This document shows positions 25,539 through 37,823 of a stretch of DNA of 64,000 nucleotides, piece by piece. Positions within the stretch are counted from its first letter, which is position 1, and every line of letters begins with the position of its first letter. Below the pieces are notes generated by a model. The model was not told where the DNA came from. It was given only the letters and a program-made list of their open reading frames with translations, and searched no databases. The position numbers were made by a program, and so were the translations under genes. The DNA is from Schizochytrium sp. TIO01 (lineage: Eukaryota; Protista; Bigyra: Labyrinthulomycetes), in the NCBI GenBank assembly GCA_004764695.1, contig SMSO01000031.1:7174761-7238760 (forward strand), written 5' to 3'.

Positions 25539-28046
25539 TTAATTAATTTCTCTCAAGAACTGGTCAAGGTCTACTTGGGCAAGTGCCTGAAAATGAGGGT
25601 CTGATAATTTATGTTTTGCATCCTTGAGAGATGTGTAAGCTTGCCGCATTTGTGAGAGAAAGGTTTGAAATTGACCATACGCATCCGAAGGATCCAAATC
25701 TTGGTTTGTTGGGTTGGAGGTAGTATTCTGATCGACTTTGATACCTGCTAAAGCTTTTGTAAGACGAGAACTGATTGATTCCAGTGTACTGTTGAGGTCA
25801 CCAGGGAAGCTCTTGTCTTTCTCCAAACGCTTTGGGAGAGACCAATTTCGCCCAATGTCTGCACTGTTAAGCCAATTTGAGTTTAAAGGAGACTCGTGAG
25901 CCTCTACTAGAGCACGTTTTCGCTTTAATTGACTACCGAAGAGGTTTCGGTGGTTTGAGGGTAGGAACTGAGTGAGCGCGGATTTGCACTCAGGGGGCAG
26001 GGCTTTAACAAATTGCTCAAAACCTGTGAAGCAAAGGACACGCAAGATAGCAATCGATTGAGAGATTGCAAAAGCTTTATCCCAAGCACAACGTGTTTCC
26101 TCCATAAATTGGGGATCCAGGATTACCTTATAGTGTAGACGATTCATGGAAGCTAAGAGAGTCAGTGCCATGACTCTTAAATACCATACTCGATATGAGA
26201 GGTCATCCCCCATTTCATATTCTGTGCACATGAGTAGATGTATAGCAATGTTTGGAATACATAAAGCTTGTTCTGTGCTATGAAATTTTGCTACAGAGGG
26301 GAGTGATAACAACACACCGTATTCCACAATCAGATCATTGAGACGTTCAACAGAATTCGTTTCATCTTGAGCAAACTTAAGAACCCGAGAAAGTAAGCTC
26401 GGCACATGGCGATTGACTAGCACTGCTTCGACATCCGAGCTGGTGAAAAATCTCAAAATGCGAATAAGTGCAATACGTGCATGGGTTGCAAGGAGTCTGG
26501 CTTCTGGAGGATCTGACGCAGCAGTAGGGTTCTCAGCTAGGTTTTGCAATAGTTGGATGCACGCACTGACTGCACGATCTGATGCAGGGTGGCTGACTGG
26601 CGGTAATAAAGAAAGCACCAGAGCACAACTCATGTCTTTAATTGTCAAATTTGAAGCTATAGGCTTTTGGTCCACCAAGAGTGCCCCTAAAAAGGATGGA
26701 TGAGGAGAACTTACTTCCAATCGAACACGTGCAATAATCATGTTTAGAAATGGCTCGGGCCATGTAAGATAATGAATGCCTAGAAACATTAAATGCGAAG
26801 GCTTTTTGCGTTGCTTGTGCGTAAGATCAAACAAAAGTTCAGCTTTTACTTCCCGGGCACAAAAAGCTAGCATACATTCTGCAAAGGAAATTGCTAAGGT
26901 ATCAAGTACAGTATTCAGGTTTTGGGAAGACGCTATTGAAGCACTCCGACACGTAACTTCAAGGGCCCAGTCTCCTTGCTGAGGTGCATTCGTTGCGAAT
27001 ATGCGCGAAAGAAGAGGTTTCAGGGCTATTTGTGATTTGCCCTCCTTAATGCATTGGACAATACCCACTGCAACATATTGAGAAGCTTGTTCTGACCTTA
27101 GCCGAGTGTATGCACTTAGGGATGGAGGTGCAGAAGCCAGTTTCATGATTATGGCAAGAACATTCAAACAAGCTACTTCTTGGTTCGAGACAGCATCCGC
27201 AAACTTGTTCCATAAAATACATAAACCATCTATACATGGCTCTCGTTGAAGGGCTTTGGCAACAGACATCCCAAACGAGAACTCAGCAGCATATGTCGTA
27301 GAGAGAACCTGAGCAAGCGCCTCGACACCTTCAATTACAATATGGTATGCTTCTGGTTCAGATTTCTGACATTGCTCAGCGGTTTCAAGCATAGCAGCGA
27401 TGGTAGTAGCTGTGCGTAGAGCTCGGTAGTCCATATCTGAAGTGTTTTCATCTTCGTTGTCTGTTGCACTGTGGGTAGGATCCCGAAGGGTATGAAGTTT
27501 CTTACTAAGGCGAATGACCATTGCGCATCGACTTGTACAAGCCTTAATAAATTTTGCGGAGCGCACTGCCGTTCGTTGTTTAGGTCCCATGCCTGATGGG
27601 TCTCCGAGACCCATTTGTAGTGTTGCAAGTCCATCTTCGAGTGCATGAAGTGCGACCTGCAATAATTCGCCCTCCTGCAAGTGTTCGAGCAGCCGCTCAT
27701 GCTCTCGTTGTAACAGTTTGGTTACGAATTTCCATGCTCTCGCATCCACTTCAAAATTATCCACTGGCAGCGATAAAAGAACATCGCTTAGCCTGGCTAC
27801 AGCTAAGCACACGTGCACAACAAGTTGAGGCGACCTTCGTGAGAACCTTGATTCCGCACCAGTTTTCTCTAGCCTCTGTAGGTCTCTTTTCACCGCCTGT
27901 TCCGCCTCTGTTGCATCAGATTGCTGCTCCACAAGTCCTGCCCATCGTCTCAAGTCGGCCTCGAATTTTTGTAGAAGGCTATCCCATGCGGCCTGTGCGG
28001 CTTCATCGTCTTGAAGACTGTGATGTTGTTCACCGTCGCTGCTCAT
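25539..28046 (-). CDS. 835-aa predicted alpha-helical (ARM/HEAT-like) protein; weak resemblance to FIRRM/C1orf112 (DUF4487)
   Basis: Long uninterrupted ATG-initiated ORF with Leu/Ala-rich composition. The family call rests only on size and loosely remembered segments (AWKFVTKL; LCFTGFEQFVK), so it is tentative. Confidence 0.75.
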   Translation of the reverse strand: MSSDGEQHHSLQDDEAAQAAWDSLLQKFEADLRRWAGLVEQQSDATEAEQAVKRDLQRLEKTGAESRFSRRSPQLVVHVCLAVARLSDVLLSLPVDNFEVDARAWKFVTKLLQREHERLLEHLQEGELLQVALHALEDGLATLQMGLGDPSGMGPKQRTAVRSAKFIKACTSRCAMVIRLSKKLHTLRDPTHSATDNEDENTSDMDYRALRTATTIAAMLETAEQCQKSEPEAYHIVIEGVEALAQVLSTTYAAEFSFGMSVAKALQREPCIDGLCILWNKFADAVSNQEVACLNVLAIIMKLASAPPSLSAYTRLRSEQASQYVAVGIVQCIKEGKSQIALKPLLSRIFATNAPQQGDWALEVTCRSASIASSQNLNTVLDTLAISFAECMLAFCAREVKAELLFDLTHKQRKKPSHLMFLGIHYLTWPEPFLNMIIARVRLEVSSPHPSFLGALLVDQKPIASNLTIKDMSCALVLSLLPPVSHPASDRAVSACIQLLQNLAENPTAASDPPEARLLATHARIALIRILRFFTSSDVEAVLVNRHVPSLLSRVLKFAQDETNSVERLNDLIVEYGVLLSLPSVAKFHSTEQALCIPNIAIHLLMCTEYEMGDDLSYRVWYLRVMALTLLASMNRLHYKVILDPQFMEETRCAWDKAFAISQSIAILRVLCFTGFEQFVKALPPECKSALTQFLPSNHRNLFGSQLKRKRALVEAHESPLNSNWLNSADIGRNWSLPKRLEKDKSFPGDLNSTLESISSRLTKALAGIKVDQNTTSNPTNQDLDPSDAYGQFQTFLSQMRQAYTSLKDAKHKLSDPHFQALAQVDLDQFLREIN

Positions 28047-29004
28047 CCTCCGCAGCCGCTCGAATCTGCGTGGGATTTAACTCAAGAACCGAACCTACGT
28101 ATAGAACTCCCGTAGGCCCAACAAGACGGCGTCGTCTTGACAGCGAGCGCCCCCCCCTAGCTTGCGCTTTGATAATGTCTGCTCAATTTGTTCTTTCGTC
28201 TCTGCTTTCGAAAACCCAGCTTCACTCTTGCTCCCAAGAGTTCGAAAGAGTCAACCACCGCCGTGGATGCCGCCTTGTTTCTTGACTTCCTCTTCGCTGG
28301 ACGATATTTTTCCTTCGGCGGGCTATGCAAGAGGAGAAGTTGATAGCGCAGGCTCAACCACGGTGCATCAACACAGATTCCACACCACAGCCTGGAGCGT
28401 CAAACGAGGTCTGTGGCGTTGCGTTGCGTTGCGTTGCGGGGTTTTGCGCTTCGCGTTGATATTTTGAAGTTAAAACAGAACAAAACAAAAACAAAACAAA
28501 ACAGAACATCGCAACAACACCTACAGAACAGGGGCATTCTACAAGTTTATGAGTAAAATTCAAACTAAGTAGGACAAGGTTAAATGTGGCAAAATATAGA
28601 CGGGGTCACATACTCTTAAAGTGCCCCCTCCCTGGGAAATGTCATCGTGAAGGTCTTTAAATCTGAGGAACTGTGAAGAGGTCGAAAGTTGATTGTGCAA
28701 TGATCGTTGAAGACTCAGAAGGCTGACGCGATCACGGCGTGGTTCCACCCGAGTGATGTTGAAAATGATTTTATGGTTAGAGGAGGAGCGTAAATGTGTA
28801 GGTAAACCAGTGAACATGTATGTAAACTTGTAAACAAGAAGTGCATTTTGCGAAAACCGGGAAATGTTTGGAATGTGCTGACTTGGTTTACAAGTTGAAC
28901 AGCAGAGGTGGTTCAATCGACAAGGTTTGCGTCGCAAGGCTAGAAAAGACGCCAACGTAAAGATTGACTTGTGACCAAGAAAAGATGCCAACGCACTTTA
29001 CATA

Positions 29005-30377
29005 TTAGATGCTGACAAGAAACTTGGCGGCCTGCTCGTAAACGGCAAATGTGATGGCTTGGCCAGCAAAGACACGAGGCACACGGGCAGTCAGACCACG
29101 AGAGAAGCCCATAATGCCATCCTTGGCCATGATCTCGCTCATCATTCTGAACATGGGCTCCTTCTGACCGGACTGCTGGCGACTCTTGACTACATCAAAG
29201 CTGTATCATTACAAAATAAGATTCAAGGTGTCGAGGTTAGTTTTGAGCACTCTCTTAATAGTGTCAAAAACCTTGGTTATATCAATACGGTGAGAACTTA
29301 CGGGTTGTTAAGAACGACACTAATTGCACCAACAGTACCACCAGCAATCATGAATGTGGCAATGGACTCACTTGTTCCTGTGAATTGAGTGAGGGTGTTC
29401 TTCACTGGTTCATAGCACATAAATCGAAAGCCTACCGAGCTTGCCTGGCGAAGCATCGTTGCACCAAGACCTGCAAAAAGTCCACGAATACCTTCCTCCT
29501 GCAAGATGATACGAACCGTTCCAATCATAGAGTTAAAACGTTTGGGGCCCTCCTTATTAGCTTCCGCCTGACGTACAACCTTGAGCTTTTCCATAGGCGT
29601 AGTCCAGATGGCTGCCTCCATTGCTCCTGCTCCGAGTCCAGCAACAAAATTTACAGTTGTGACATTGTCTGCCGCAGCTTTAGGCCCAAGTGCCAAATTA
29701 ATGCCCTCTTTACACTGAGCAAAGCTAAAAAAGCGAATGGCAGCCTTGGCACTTGTCTGTGTGAGGAAGGCTGGCATGCCATAGTACAAACCAGGAAGAC
29801 CAGCGGTGTGTCCGATCTTCACAAGCGCATCAACCGGGTTCGCGTACTTGCCAGGGTTAATTTGCATCTGGGTCTTTGCAACATCGAGTGCTGTGGTTCC
29901 CGTATCAGTTTGTAATGTCAATCAATCCGTTAGTGTCACACTGGACTAGATTTACAGATCATCTGCGAGTCTTATTCAGTCAAACGCTGTGCTGATAAGC
30001 GCTTCTCAATATGATAGGCCTCTATTGAACTTACGCATGGTGCCAATAACCTCGCATGCTCCAGCAACACCACCACTGCAGTTCGTCAGCCATAAGATAG
30101 CAATTCCAAAAAGTTGTCCTGTTAGTGTTTATTGCGCGGGGAGTACATGCTAGAACGTAATTAACGCCTATCTGTGAGGTTGATAAACTTACGCTACAAA
30201 GTGCTTCCAGCCTGCAAGCTTGATCTTCTCAGGCTTTTCCTTCACAGGCTCGGGTTGCAGCTGATCATGAAGACCATCTGTTGCGAGGTGTTTTCGCGAG
30301 GCATGTCTGACAAGACGTGTTTTGGCGGCCTCTAAATCCGAGATTTCTGGCTTGGTGTTTTCCTGCTGCGATGCCAT
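29005..30377 (-). CDS. Mitochondrial carrier (SLC25), citrate/tricarboxylate or succinate-fumarate (CTP1/SFC1-like) subfamily; exons 30377-30193, 30075-30035, 29890-29302, 29200-29005
   Basis: Splicing three GTAAGT..AG introns restores the three signature motifs PLDVAK, PMEKLK and PFDVVK. The contact-point motifs KAAIRF, RQASS and PRVFAGQAITF resemble carboxylate carriers. Stop TAA at 29007-29005. Confidence 0.92.
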
Positions 30378-30970
30378 CTTCGTTGTTGTGCACTACGCTT
30401 GCTAATGGCTGGGATCTCAGTGTCCAAAGTATGCTGTTCTGCTGCTACGAACCGAGTGAATGAATAGGTTGCCAACAGTCCTCCTCAAGGATCGTCCCTG
30501 CTAATCAATCTGCTGCGGATGCTGCGATTGCTTCTGATCGCAGTTTGCACAAGGCGCCTCTGCTCTCTATTTCCGTATTGCAAGCTAGATTTGCCAACAC
30601 AAACTTATAGGTACTGCTGTCTCTCAAAGCGAGTCGCGAATGGATCAAGTTAGTTGTGTCTTTTTTCTCGCTCTTTCTCAGTCTCGGTTCGCGGTTGACT
30701 TCTCTTCCGCAAGCTGAGTTCCCTCGCACAAACAAATCGCGCCTCCACACGAACCTCCTACGAGAACTCACCTCCGCTCATGAACTGCTTCTCGTCGCTG
30801 CACGCACCTGCGTTCACGGTCTGCAGGCTCTCCAAGCTCAAGCTCAAGCTCAACTTCTTCTGTCGCGACAGATCTCTTTTTCTGTACCAGAGGAATTTCG
30901 ATCGACTTGAGTGATGATAATTTATTCTGTCTGTAAAAGAAGATCATAGAATTGTATTTTGCCTTTTAAA

Positions 30971-31035
30971 TTAAATTCAATTAAATTCAATTAAATTCAA
31001 TTAAATTCAATTAAATTCAATTAAATTCAATTAAA
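30971..31035. repeat. (TTAAATTCAA)6.5 decamer tandem repeat
   Basis: Seen directly. Confidence 0.95.
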
Positions 31036-32010
31036 ACAGGTGAAGTGAAATACAGTCAATACAGGGAATAAATAAATATGCAAGGAAGTTCATTTTAGGT
31101 TTAAACTTTTATTTTATTTGTTTTTACAATTAAATAAACAGCCGCGCTACTTATTACTTATTATGTACACATACGTAGCGAGGCGAAAGAAGCGAAGTTT
31201 GAGAGGCGAGTAAAAAGACCAAAGAAACCAAGACCCAAACGATATCGATGGTAACCTGATCTGCGTCACTTGCAAAGAAGGAGATTGCACGTCCCTTCAA
31301 CGCCCAGGGCTCCAGGGGAGGCCGCCTCCAACACGAGCTACCTGGATCAAGTGTAGGCTCGTTGCTTGACGGTCTCTACTTCATGTCCTTTCTTGTCGTG
31401 GTTGCGGTCGCACACACCAGTAATCAGAAGAAAGAAGGAGAAAAAGAGGAAAAGAGATAAAGAGATAAAGAAAGAAAAGAAGTTGAAGTGGGAAAGAGAA
31501 GAGAGAAGAGAAAGATTTCTCTTTTTCTTCAGTCCTATTTCTAAAACAAACAATCAACGTCGAAACAGCTTTGGGGAGATAGGAAATGGAAGGATTCGCT
31601 CTCCTTCGCTGCTTCAAGTTCCTGCTTCCTCAGCGAAAGCACGAAAGGGAAGTAGTGGATAGTGGATAGGTTTAGTCTTTTCGATACGACGACCAAACAA
31701 TCAAACGACACATTGATTCAATGAGGACAAAATCTTTTCTTTACCTTTTTGTTGTTTTGTTGTTTTGTTGTTTTGTTGTTTTTGTTGTAATGATGTAATG
31801 TAATGATAGGAGATATAGGTCCCAAACGGGTCGAACGTGAAATGAAATGAATGTGGCGCATGAATCAACAAACGTCTACCAACGTCTCGAACATGTGTGC
31901 AAGCGCACCTTGTAGACCAGGCAATCACCACCACGGGCGATCTCTTCTTCAAAGCTTGATGATCAATCATCTACATGGGTAAAGGACAGTCAATGCGTTG
32001 TTTCTTTTAT

Positions 32011-34482
32011 CTATCGTGTACGAAAGACTGAGTTCTTCATACTAAAGAACTGATAAACTCGAACCTGCTCGAGGGAAAGGGGGGACAGGCCGTCGCTAGC
32101 GCTATCAGAAGCCACAACAGCAACGGCATCGTCATTGGCACTCTTTTCACCGTCCTCAGCAGAGAAGCGCTGTAGCCCTGCTTTACCCGAGTGAGCGGAC
32201 TGGACCAGACGGCCCTCTGGTCGCTCACTCATTCATCAGTTGCATCTGCGTCAGTCCTTTCACAGAGACCCTCTGCCCTCAGGGGCTCAGGAGCTCAGGA
32301 TATGAAACTCGTCCGCTAAACTTAAAGCAGACCTTTGCGAGCTGCTCGAGGTCGTCAACAACCAGAATAAGTTTCATTGTAGTTCGACTCATGTCCTGGG
32401 CAGCTTCATTCTGGTTGTAGTTCCCTTCTTTTACATCTTGATTTGGTGTCATCTTCACCTTTTCTTGCTTCACGACCTTGTACCACCAAAACGATGACAT
32501 AGTCCAAACATCTCCAAGGCGCTGTTTTGGCGGCTGCCCCAGTGCTATCTTCATCTCCAAGTGGTGATTACGTGCGTATGTTTCTACCGCTTCTACCACA
32601 TTTTCCAGCGTTGAGCTTGTTTGCGGGTTTATCTGCTCATGGACTTCAAGCTGGTGCATCTTGTCGACCCTCGGTAGCTAGGTCGATCGCGGAGGCGGCA
32701 TACGTAGATGTTCAGGGACCTTGGACTTTCTTGGTCTCGACTCTTCTAGCTAGGTAGGCACAGGTCTTTCGCAGACCAGTCTCGCTGCGTCTTGACATCA
32801 AGGGTGCATGCATGCAGGCCAAGAATCAGAGTGCTAGGTTAGTGCACAGCACCGACTTCGAATGGATGGCACAAGCACAGTCTCACATGAATCGTGCAAG
32901 GTTGATTTCTGGAGTCGAAATGCAGACAGCGGAGCTGGCAAGCCATGAAGGTGTATCTATGCTGCGCCAACGAGAAGTCAAACTTGAGGGAGTGCGAGAG
33001 CGTTTCGTCAATCAACATCTTGCAACCTCGGTCAACATGCAAATGAAAAGAAAAAGAAAAAGAAAAAGAAAAAAGGCCAAAAGAAAGAAAGAAGTTCATA
33101 CTAAACCGTACTATGGTAGGCGTAGGGAAATAAATATCAAACCAAAGAATCAAAGTCTTCCTTCGAGGACAACTAAAACTCCACAGCCCCGCAGGCGTTG
33201 CTCTATTGGGAGTTGTGCAATTGTCAGAAACCCACGGCCTGGCCTGGGACGCTTCAGCCTGAGAGAAGAGCAGGATCGAGCGTAGATGCGCAAACTTCTG
33301 GGAAGCCGAGATGATGTCATCGACCTATCATCGTAGGTACCTTCTAGCCATGTAGTTAGAACGACTCTCTCTACAAACAAGATTTTAGGAGACACACGTA
33401 CGTATGTTTCGTGGCATTCGTCGCTGAGCGTTAGTTGGGTGATAGGAAGTCCTTGTGGGAGATGCGGGGTAGACGGGCTCACTCATTGACACACTCCGGA
33501 ATGCGGTAGCGGAGCTTATAGCATTGCGTGAAAATGAAGTTTTAGAAGGACTCGCAGACAGGCCATTGTATGCGCTTATCTGTCTCAAGGCTGAGGATGC
33601 CCAGGCCAGACATGTTTTTAATGGTATGAAGCATGGATAAACTGCGGCTTTTAGGAGCAGGCAGGTGCTCAATAGCTAGATAAATACATTATTGAAAGCT
33701 TATTATACGATTCCTTGGCGAGGCTTGATGAAAAGGTGTTCGCTTGCACTTCGACAGGGTATTGACGAAGATAGATTTCTCGATATCAAGCGTAGCAGCT
33801 GGAGTTGTGGATATTCAAGACGATATCAAGCGTAACAGCTGGGGTTGTGGATATTCAGTAAACCTCTTCTTCATATCGAGACTCTTTCTAATAAAATGAT
33901 GTTGGTACCTTTTGTGGATATGTCTCCAACCTCAAAGATTTCTTGCAAATGGAAGTGTCGTTTGCTACTTTGGAACGTTGTCAGCAAAGTTTTAGGAGTT
34001 TTTCGTGGACGGTGCGCCCACATATCAGGTAGCAGGATTGTATTACTTGCCTTTTGAGAATGCTATTAATCTGAACTTACTCAGAGTCCACAGGCATCTC
34101 ATCACAGCGACAGATTGTCCTATGCCTCTATCAACTTGTTTTCCTAAGATATCATAGAATGGATGCTCACGAAAGATGCCCTTAACTGCGAGATAGTTCT
34201 GAACAGCGTTGAATTCGCGCTGTCTAAGGTTTAGCAATCAATACTGGCTTTCGCCATATGGACTCCTTGAGAATCACACAATACTTTTGTATTACAAGTC
34301 TGTTCAAGTTCCCTTATGGCAATCTGCGACTCAGCATCTGAAAAAGACTGCCAGATAACATGAGACTTGTCGGGAATAGCAGATGCCAGTACTATACAAG
34401 TATATATTTTATTTGATTGATGGGAATCTAAGATCATGCTGACGTCAGCTTCCTTCTTTTTAAAGATGCCTCTAAAAACCAA
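32011..34482 (-). pseudogene. Fragmented, probably eroded protein gene; possibly a Crinkler-like P-loop NTPase plus nuclease
   Basis: A chain of short, same-strand, protein-like ORFs broken by stops and frameshifts. One contains a Walker-A-like remnant (ILGKQVDRGIGQSVAVMRCLW). There is an internal 40-bp duplication. Confidence 0.3.
33781..33857. repeat. 40-bp tandem duplication (2 copies, 2 mismatches)
   Basis: cgatatcaagcgtagcagctggagttgtggatattcaaga is followed by cgatatcaagcgtaacagctggggttgtggatattca. Confidence 0.92.
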
Positions 34483-35429
34483 AGTCAGATCTTGTCATGC
34501 CTCGCAAGTAAGAGTAGCGCTTGCTTGGCCCTCCCATTTGGTGCTGGATTGCGTTAGCACGATGCCACCTGTAGTTTCCTCAGCAGTTTCACTTTAGATA
34601 GCGAAATACAGAAGATCAGGGGAGATCATAACACCTACTGCATAGATATAACTAGCTTCCGCAGAACAATGCATGGTAGAATGTGACCTGGGATGGCGCA
34701 TCTCGTTAATATATCTGCGCCCGACATATCTGCCGCTCCCTCGTTCCACCTGTCGGACAGATCCATTGAGCCTTAAACTCGGTGCACATGGTAGAATCTT
34801 GCACCAGATCGCTCCCAACAGTATCATGACGTCATATGACGGACCCTAATCCGAGTACTTTCCTCGCAATCAAAATCCCTCATACCGCGACTCGTTCCGA
34901 CAAAGCTGGTTAAGCTTCCTCTTACTTTCGCAACCAGCTCGATACTTTGTAGCTCTACTCCGCTGGAAAACCATTCTTCCTTAGACACTTACTTCCTTAC
35001 CAAACTCGCCGGAAGTGACACAAGGTTTGCATGAGGTAGGTAGATATAGCCCCGTACCTCAACACTCTTCAGCGAAGCGATTGATTCACCGTGGCAGCAG
35101 GCGTGCAGGGAGGTAGGTACCTTCCTCCCCCACTGCTCACGAAGGTGGTGGAGTTTTGCGTGAAGGAGTGCTCGAAGCCTGCCTTACAGAAAGTCATTCA
35201 GTCATCTGCGCAATCTGTGCAACACAACAGCACGAGATCCGGTGCAAACGCACTGTGTCGCGAGCTCAGGGCACACGACAAGCAGACACGAAGAACCGGG
35301 CACCGAGTCTCTTGCTTCAAGAGCATCCCAGCCAGCTCAGTCCACCGCGTCCATTTCCATTCCTGCAGACTTTATAGCAGTCAGTCAGTACCTTCCACAT
35401 CTTCTCTACATCATGGATCATCCCAGTTC

Positions 35430-35512
35430 TATGAACCAAGAACCATGAACCATGAATCATGAATCATGAATCATGAATCATGAATCAAGAACCATGAACC
35501 ATGAACCATGAA
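35430..35512. repeat. Imperfect (CATGAA[T/C])n heptamer array
   Basis: Seen directly, with CATGAAT, CATGAAC and CAAGAAC variants. Confidence 0.92.
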
Positions 35513-36131
35513 TGTAATTCCGCAGACTTACTTGACTTGGACTCAACAGGATAACTAACCTTGGTGCTGTCTTCTGTGCTTATGCACGCGTTTGTTTACT
35601 TGTCTATGCCTTCAGTCTCGAGCCATTTCATGATTTCGATTTCATCCGCCTCGTGGGCCCTCGTGGAGGTATCTGCGGCTCAATCCAACAGCAGTGGCAA
35701 CTCACGAGAGGGAGATCGAAGTCGCTGTTGAAGCTGTTGACCGCGATGATGTAATATTCCTCCAAGCCGTTTCGCTCCTCGCTTCGCCCTTTTACAGCAC
35801 ATCCTGGTGAAACACGAAACGCGCTTCGCGTTATTTCATCTTACTCTCCGCCCCCCTGCCTCCAGAGGCGCGCCTCAGAGGCAGTGGCGGTGAGGGGCGG
35901 CTGGAGCAAAGTGGACCTCAAAATAACGGAAACACCTCTCTGACTGTGGGGAGAAGGACCCGGGTCCCTTACTCACAAGCCCCACTGGGCCAGGTTTGAG
36001 GCGGGAAAGAGCAAGAAAGAGGCGATGAAATGAATAATTGCATGAATGAAAAGATGATGGATGATAAGCTTCGAGCAGTCCCGAATCCAGATCAGAACTC
36101 CAACCAGCAAAACTCCAATCGCTGCACTCAG

Positions 36132-36676
36132 GTACGTTCAACGGTTGACTGATATCTACGCCCGCGTGGCACCCTCCTGTTCTGCCGTATGGCTGCTTGC
36201 TCCCTGTCCTGGCGTTGCTCGTCAACGCTCGCGCTCGTGCTGCTGCAACCAATGCTGGGAAGTACTTGTCTGTCAGTCGGTCTTTTCGTCTTGGCTTCTT
36301 GAAGTACTGAGACTCGCTCGAAGCCGATTGCAGGGATCATGGCCTTGAAAACAACCAGCGTGGGATCAGTCAGAAGCTGCCCAGTGCGATCGGTGTCAAA
36401 GCAAGGGCGATGTCCATTGGGCCAGAATCATCAACGTTCCGGACGACGAAAGATCTTCTGACCCTCGGTCCGCCATGTCACCTGTGCATAATGTGTCGCT
36501 TTGCCTTCGTGTATTACGCGAGGGTTGAGAAGTGGGACTCGTTATTTGTGAATACGGTTGTGTTATATCGACGCCGGAGCAGAAGTCAGGATGGGGCGAT
36601 GAATGTTCTGATGAGGGTTTTGGTGCAGGAGCATGATGACTAACAGCAAGTTGGAATGGATCTTGTCAATTTGCAG
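36132..36676 (+). other. Putative 5'-UTR intron of the SCP2 gene
   Basis: Branch point GACTAAC at about 36638 and TTTGCAG acceptor ending at 36676, 45 nt upstream of the ATG. The best donor candidate is CAG|GTACGT at 36132; the donor choice is uncertain. Confidence 0.45.
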
Positions 36677-36721
36677 CAAGTTCACGAACAGTTTATATCT
36701 TTGACCAACACAAGGAACAAA

Positions 36722-37045
36722 ATGGCCGACAAGGTTTTCCAAAAGCTCGAGACCGCCGTGGCGGACCCGTCCAACGAGGGCGCCCGCAAGAAGATCAACG
36801 GTGTCTTCCAGTTCAACCTCAGCGGCCCGGACTCCAACTGGGTTCTGGACCTTAAGAACGGAAAGGTTGAGAAGGGCAAGGCCGGCAAGGCCGACGTCAC
36901 CCTCACCATGAAGGAGGCTGACTTTCTTGCCCTCATGACTGGCAAGGCGAACGGCCAGCAGCTCTTCATGTCTGGCAAGATCAAGTTTAAGGGCAACATG
37001 GGCATGCTCATGAAGCTTCAGGACCTCACCAAGATGATCAAGTAA
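36722..37045 (+). CDS. Stand-alone SCP2 sterol/lipid-binding domain protein (107 aa)
   Basis: VFQFNL..WVLDLKNGKV..ADVTLTMKEADFLALMTGKANGQQLFMSGKIKFKGNMGMLMKL is a typical SCP2 pattern. Strong C/G-ending codon bias suggests high expression. ATG in AAAATGG context. Confidence 0.95.
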   Translation: MADKVFQKLETAVADPSNEGARKKINGVFQFNLSGPDSNWVLDLKNGKVEKGKAGKADVTLTMKEADFLALMTGKANGQQLFMSGKIKFKGNMGMLMKLQDLTKMIK

Positions 37046-37823
37046 ATCGAGCACGTCATCGCTGGTTTCTGTTCCATTCTTGTTCCGTATCTAGCTTTCG
37101 CTTTAAGCAGCGACTTTGCCACGTGTACTGAGTGAGCGCCGAGCTCTTTGTGGATAACATAGAAGCAACTCCTCTCGTTGACTCTTCGTCGGTGCTCTCT
37201 TTACATTCATTTTTTTTATAAGTACATAAGTAAGTACCTACTTTAATTTACTCTGATCGTCATGTAAACCTGGGCGAAGCAAAAACCCTGGTTCAATCTT
37301 GAAAGTCTTCTCCATTCTACTCTACATTCTAAACTTGGGTATATGGCAGTCAGTTTCTTTGTCCGACAATGCTACGTTCGAGCTTGCACGGACTAGAAAT
37401 CCAAGCCAAATGCCAAAACCTTTACAACAAACAGCCCACTCTCAGTAGTCAGACAATTACTTTTCTTAGAAAACCCTTTGACACCTGGGTGAGAAGCCAA
37501 CTCAAGACAGCAAACACCTCGGAAGGACGGAGAAAGACTGTTTCCTTTTCTGTTTCCACCATCGCGATGCCCTAACTATTGGAGAAAAGCTCCCTATTGC
37601 AGGATATTTGAGAGCTATTCTTTCTTATGAACAGTGATACATACAATCTCCGCGCATATATACTACGCCGCCTCGTAATTTTACATCACACAAGACGTGC
37701 GCTACTTAGATCCGCTCCAAGCTCGCTCTGCGTGGTCCGACTTAATGCAACCTTCAGTCGACGCAGAGCGAGCTTGGAGCAGAAACTGAATTTTTCATCT
37801 TCAGTCCCGCTAAACTTGAAGAG

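Noticed and set aside
27596-28285. 229-aa plus-strand ORF
   Set aside because: Antisense to the 835-aa gene with no recognisable motifs.
29298-29921. 207-aa stand-alone ORF from the track
   Set aside because: It is exon 3 of the spliced mitochondrial carrier, not a separate gene.
8068-35512. Opposite-orientation ATTCATG/CATGAAT arrays as terminal inverted repeats of a 27-kb element
   Set aside because: The flanking sequences show no similarity, the enclosed genes are housekeeping, and there is no transposase; these are independent microsatellites.
36563-37054. 163-aa and 109-aa minus-strand ORFs over SCP2
   Set aside because: Antisense shadows caused by strong codon bias; the + strand matches a known family.
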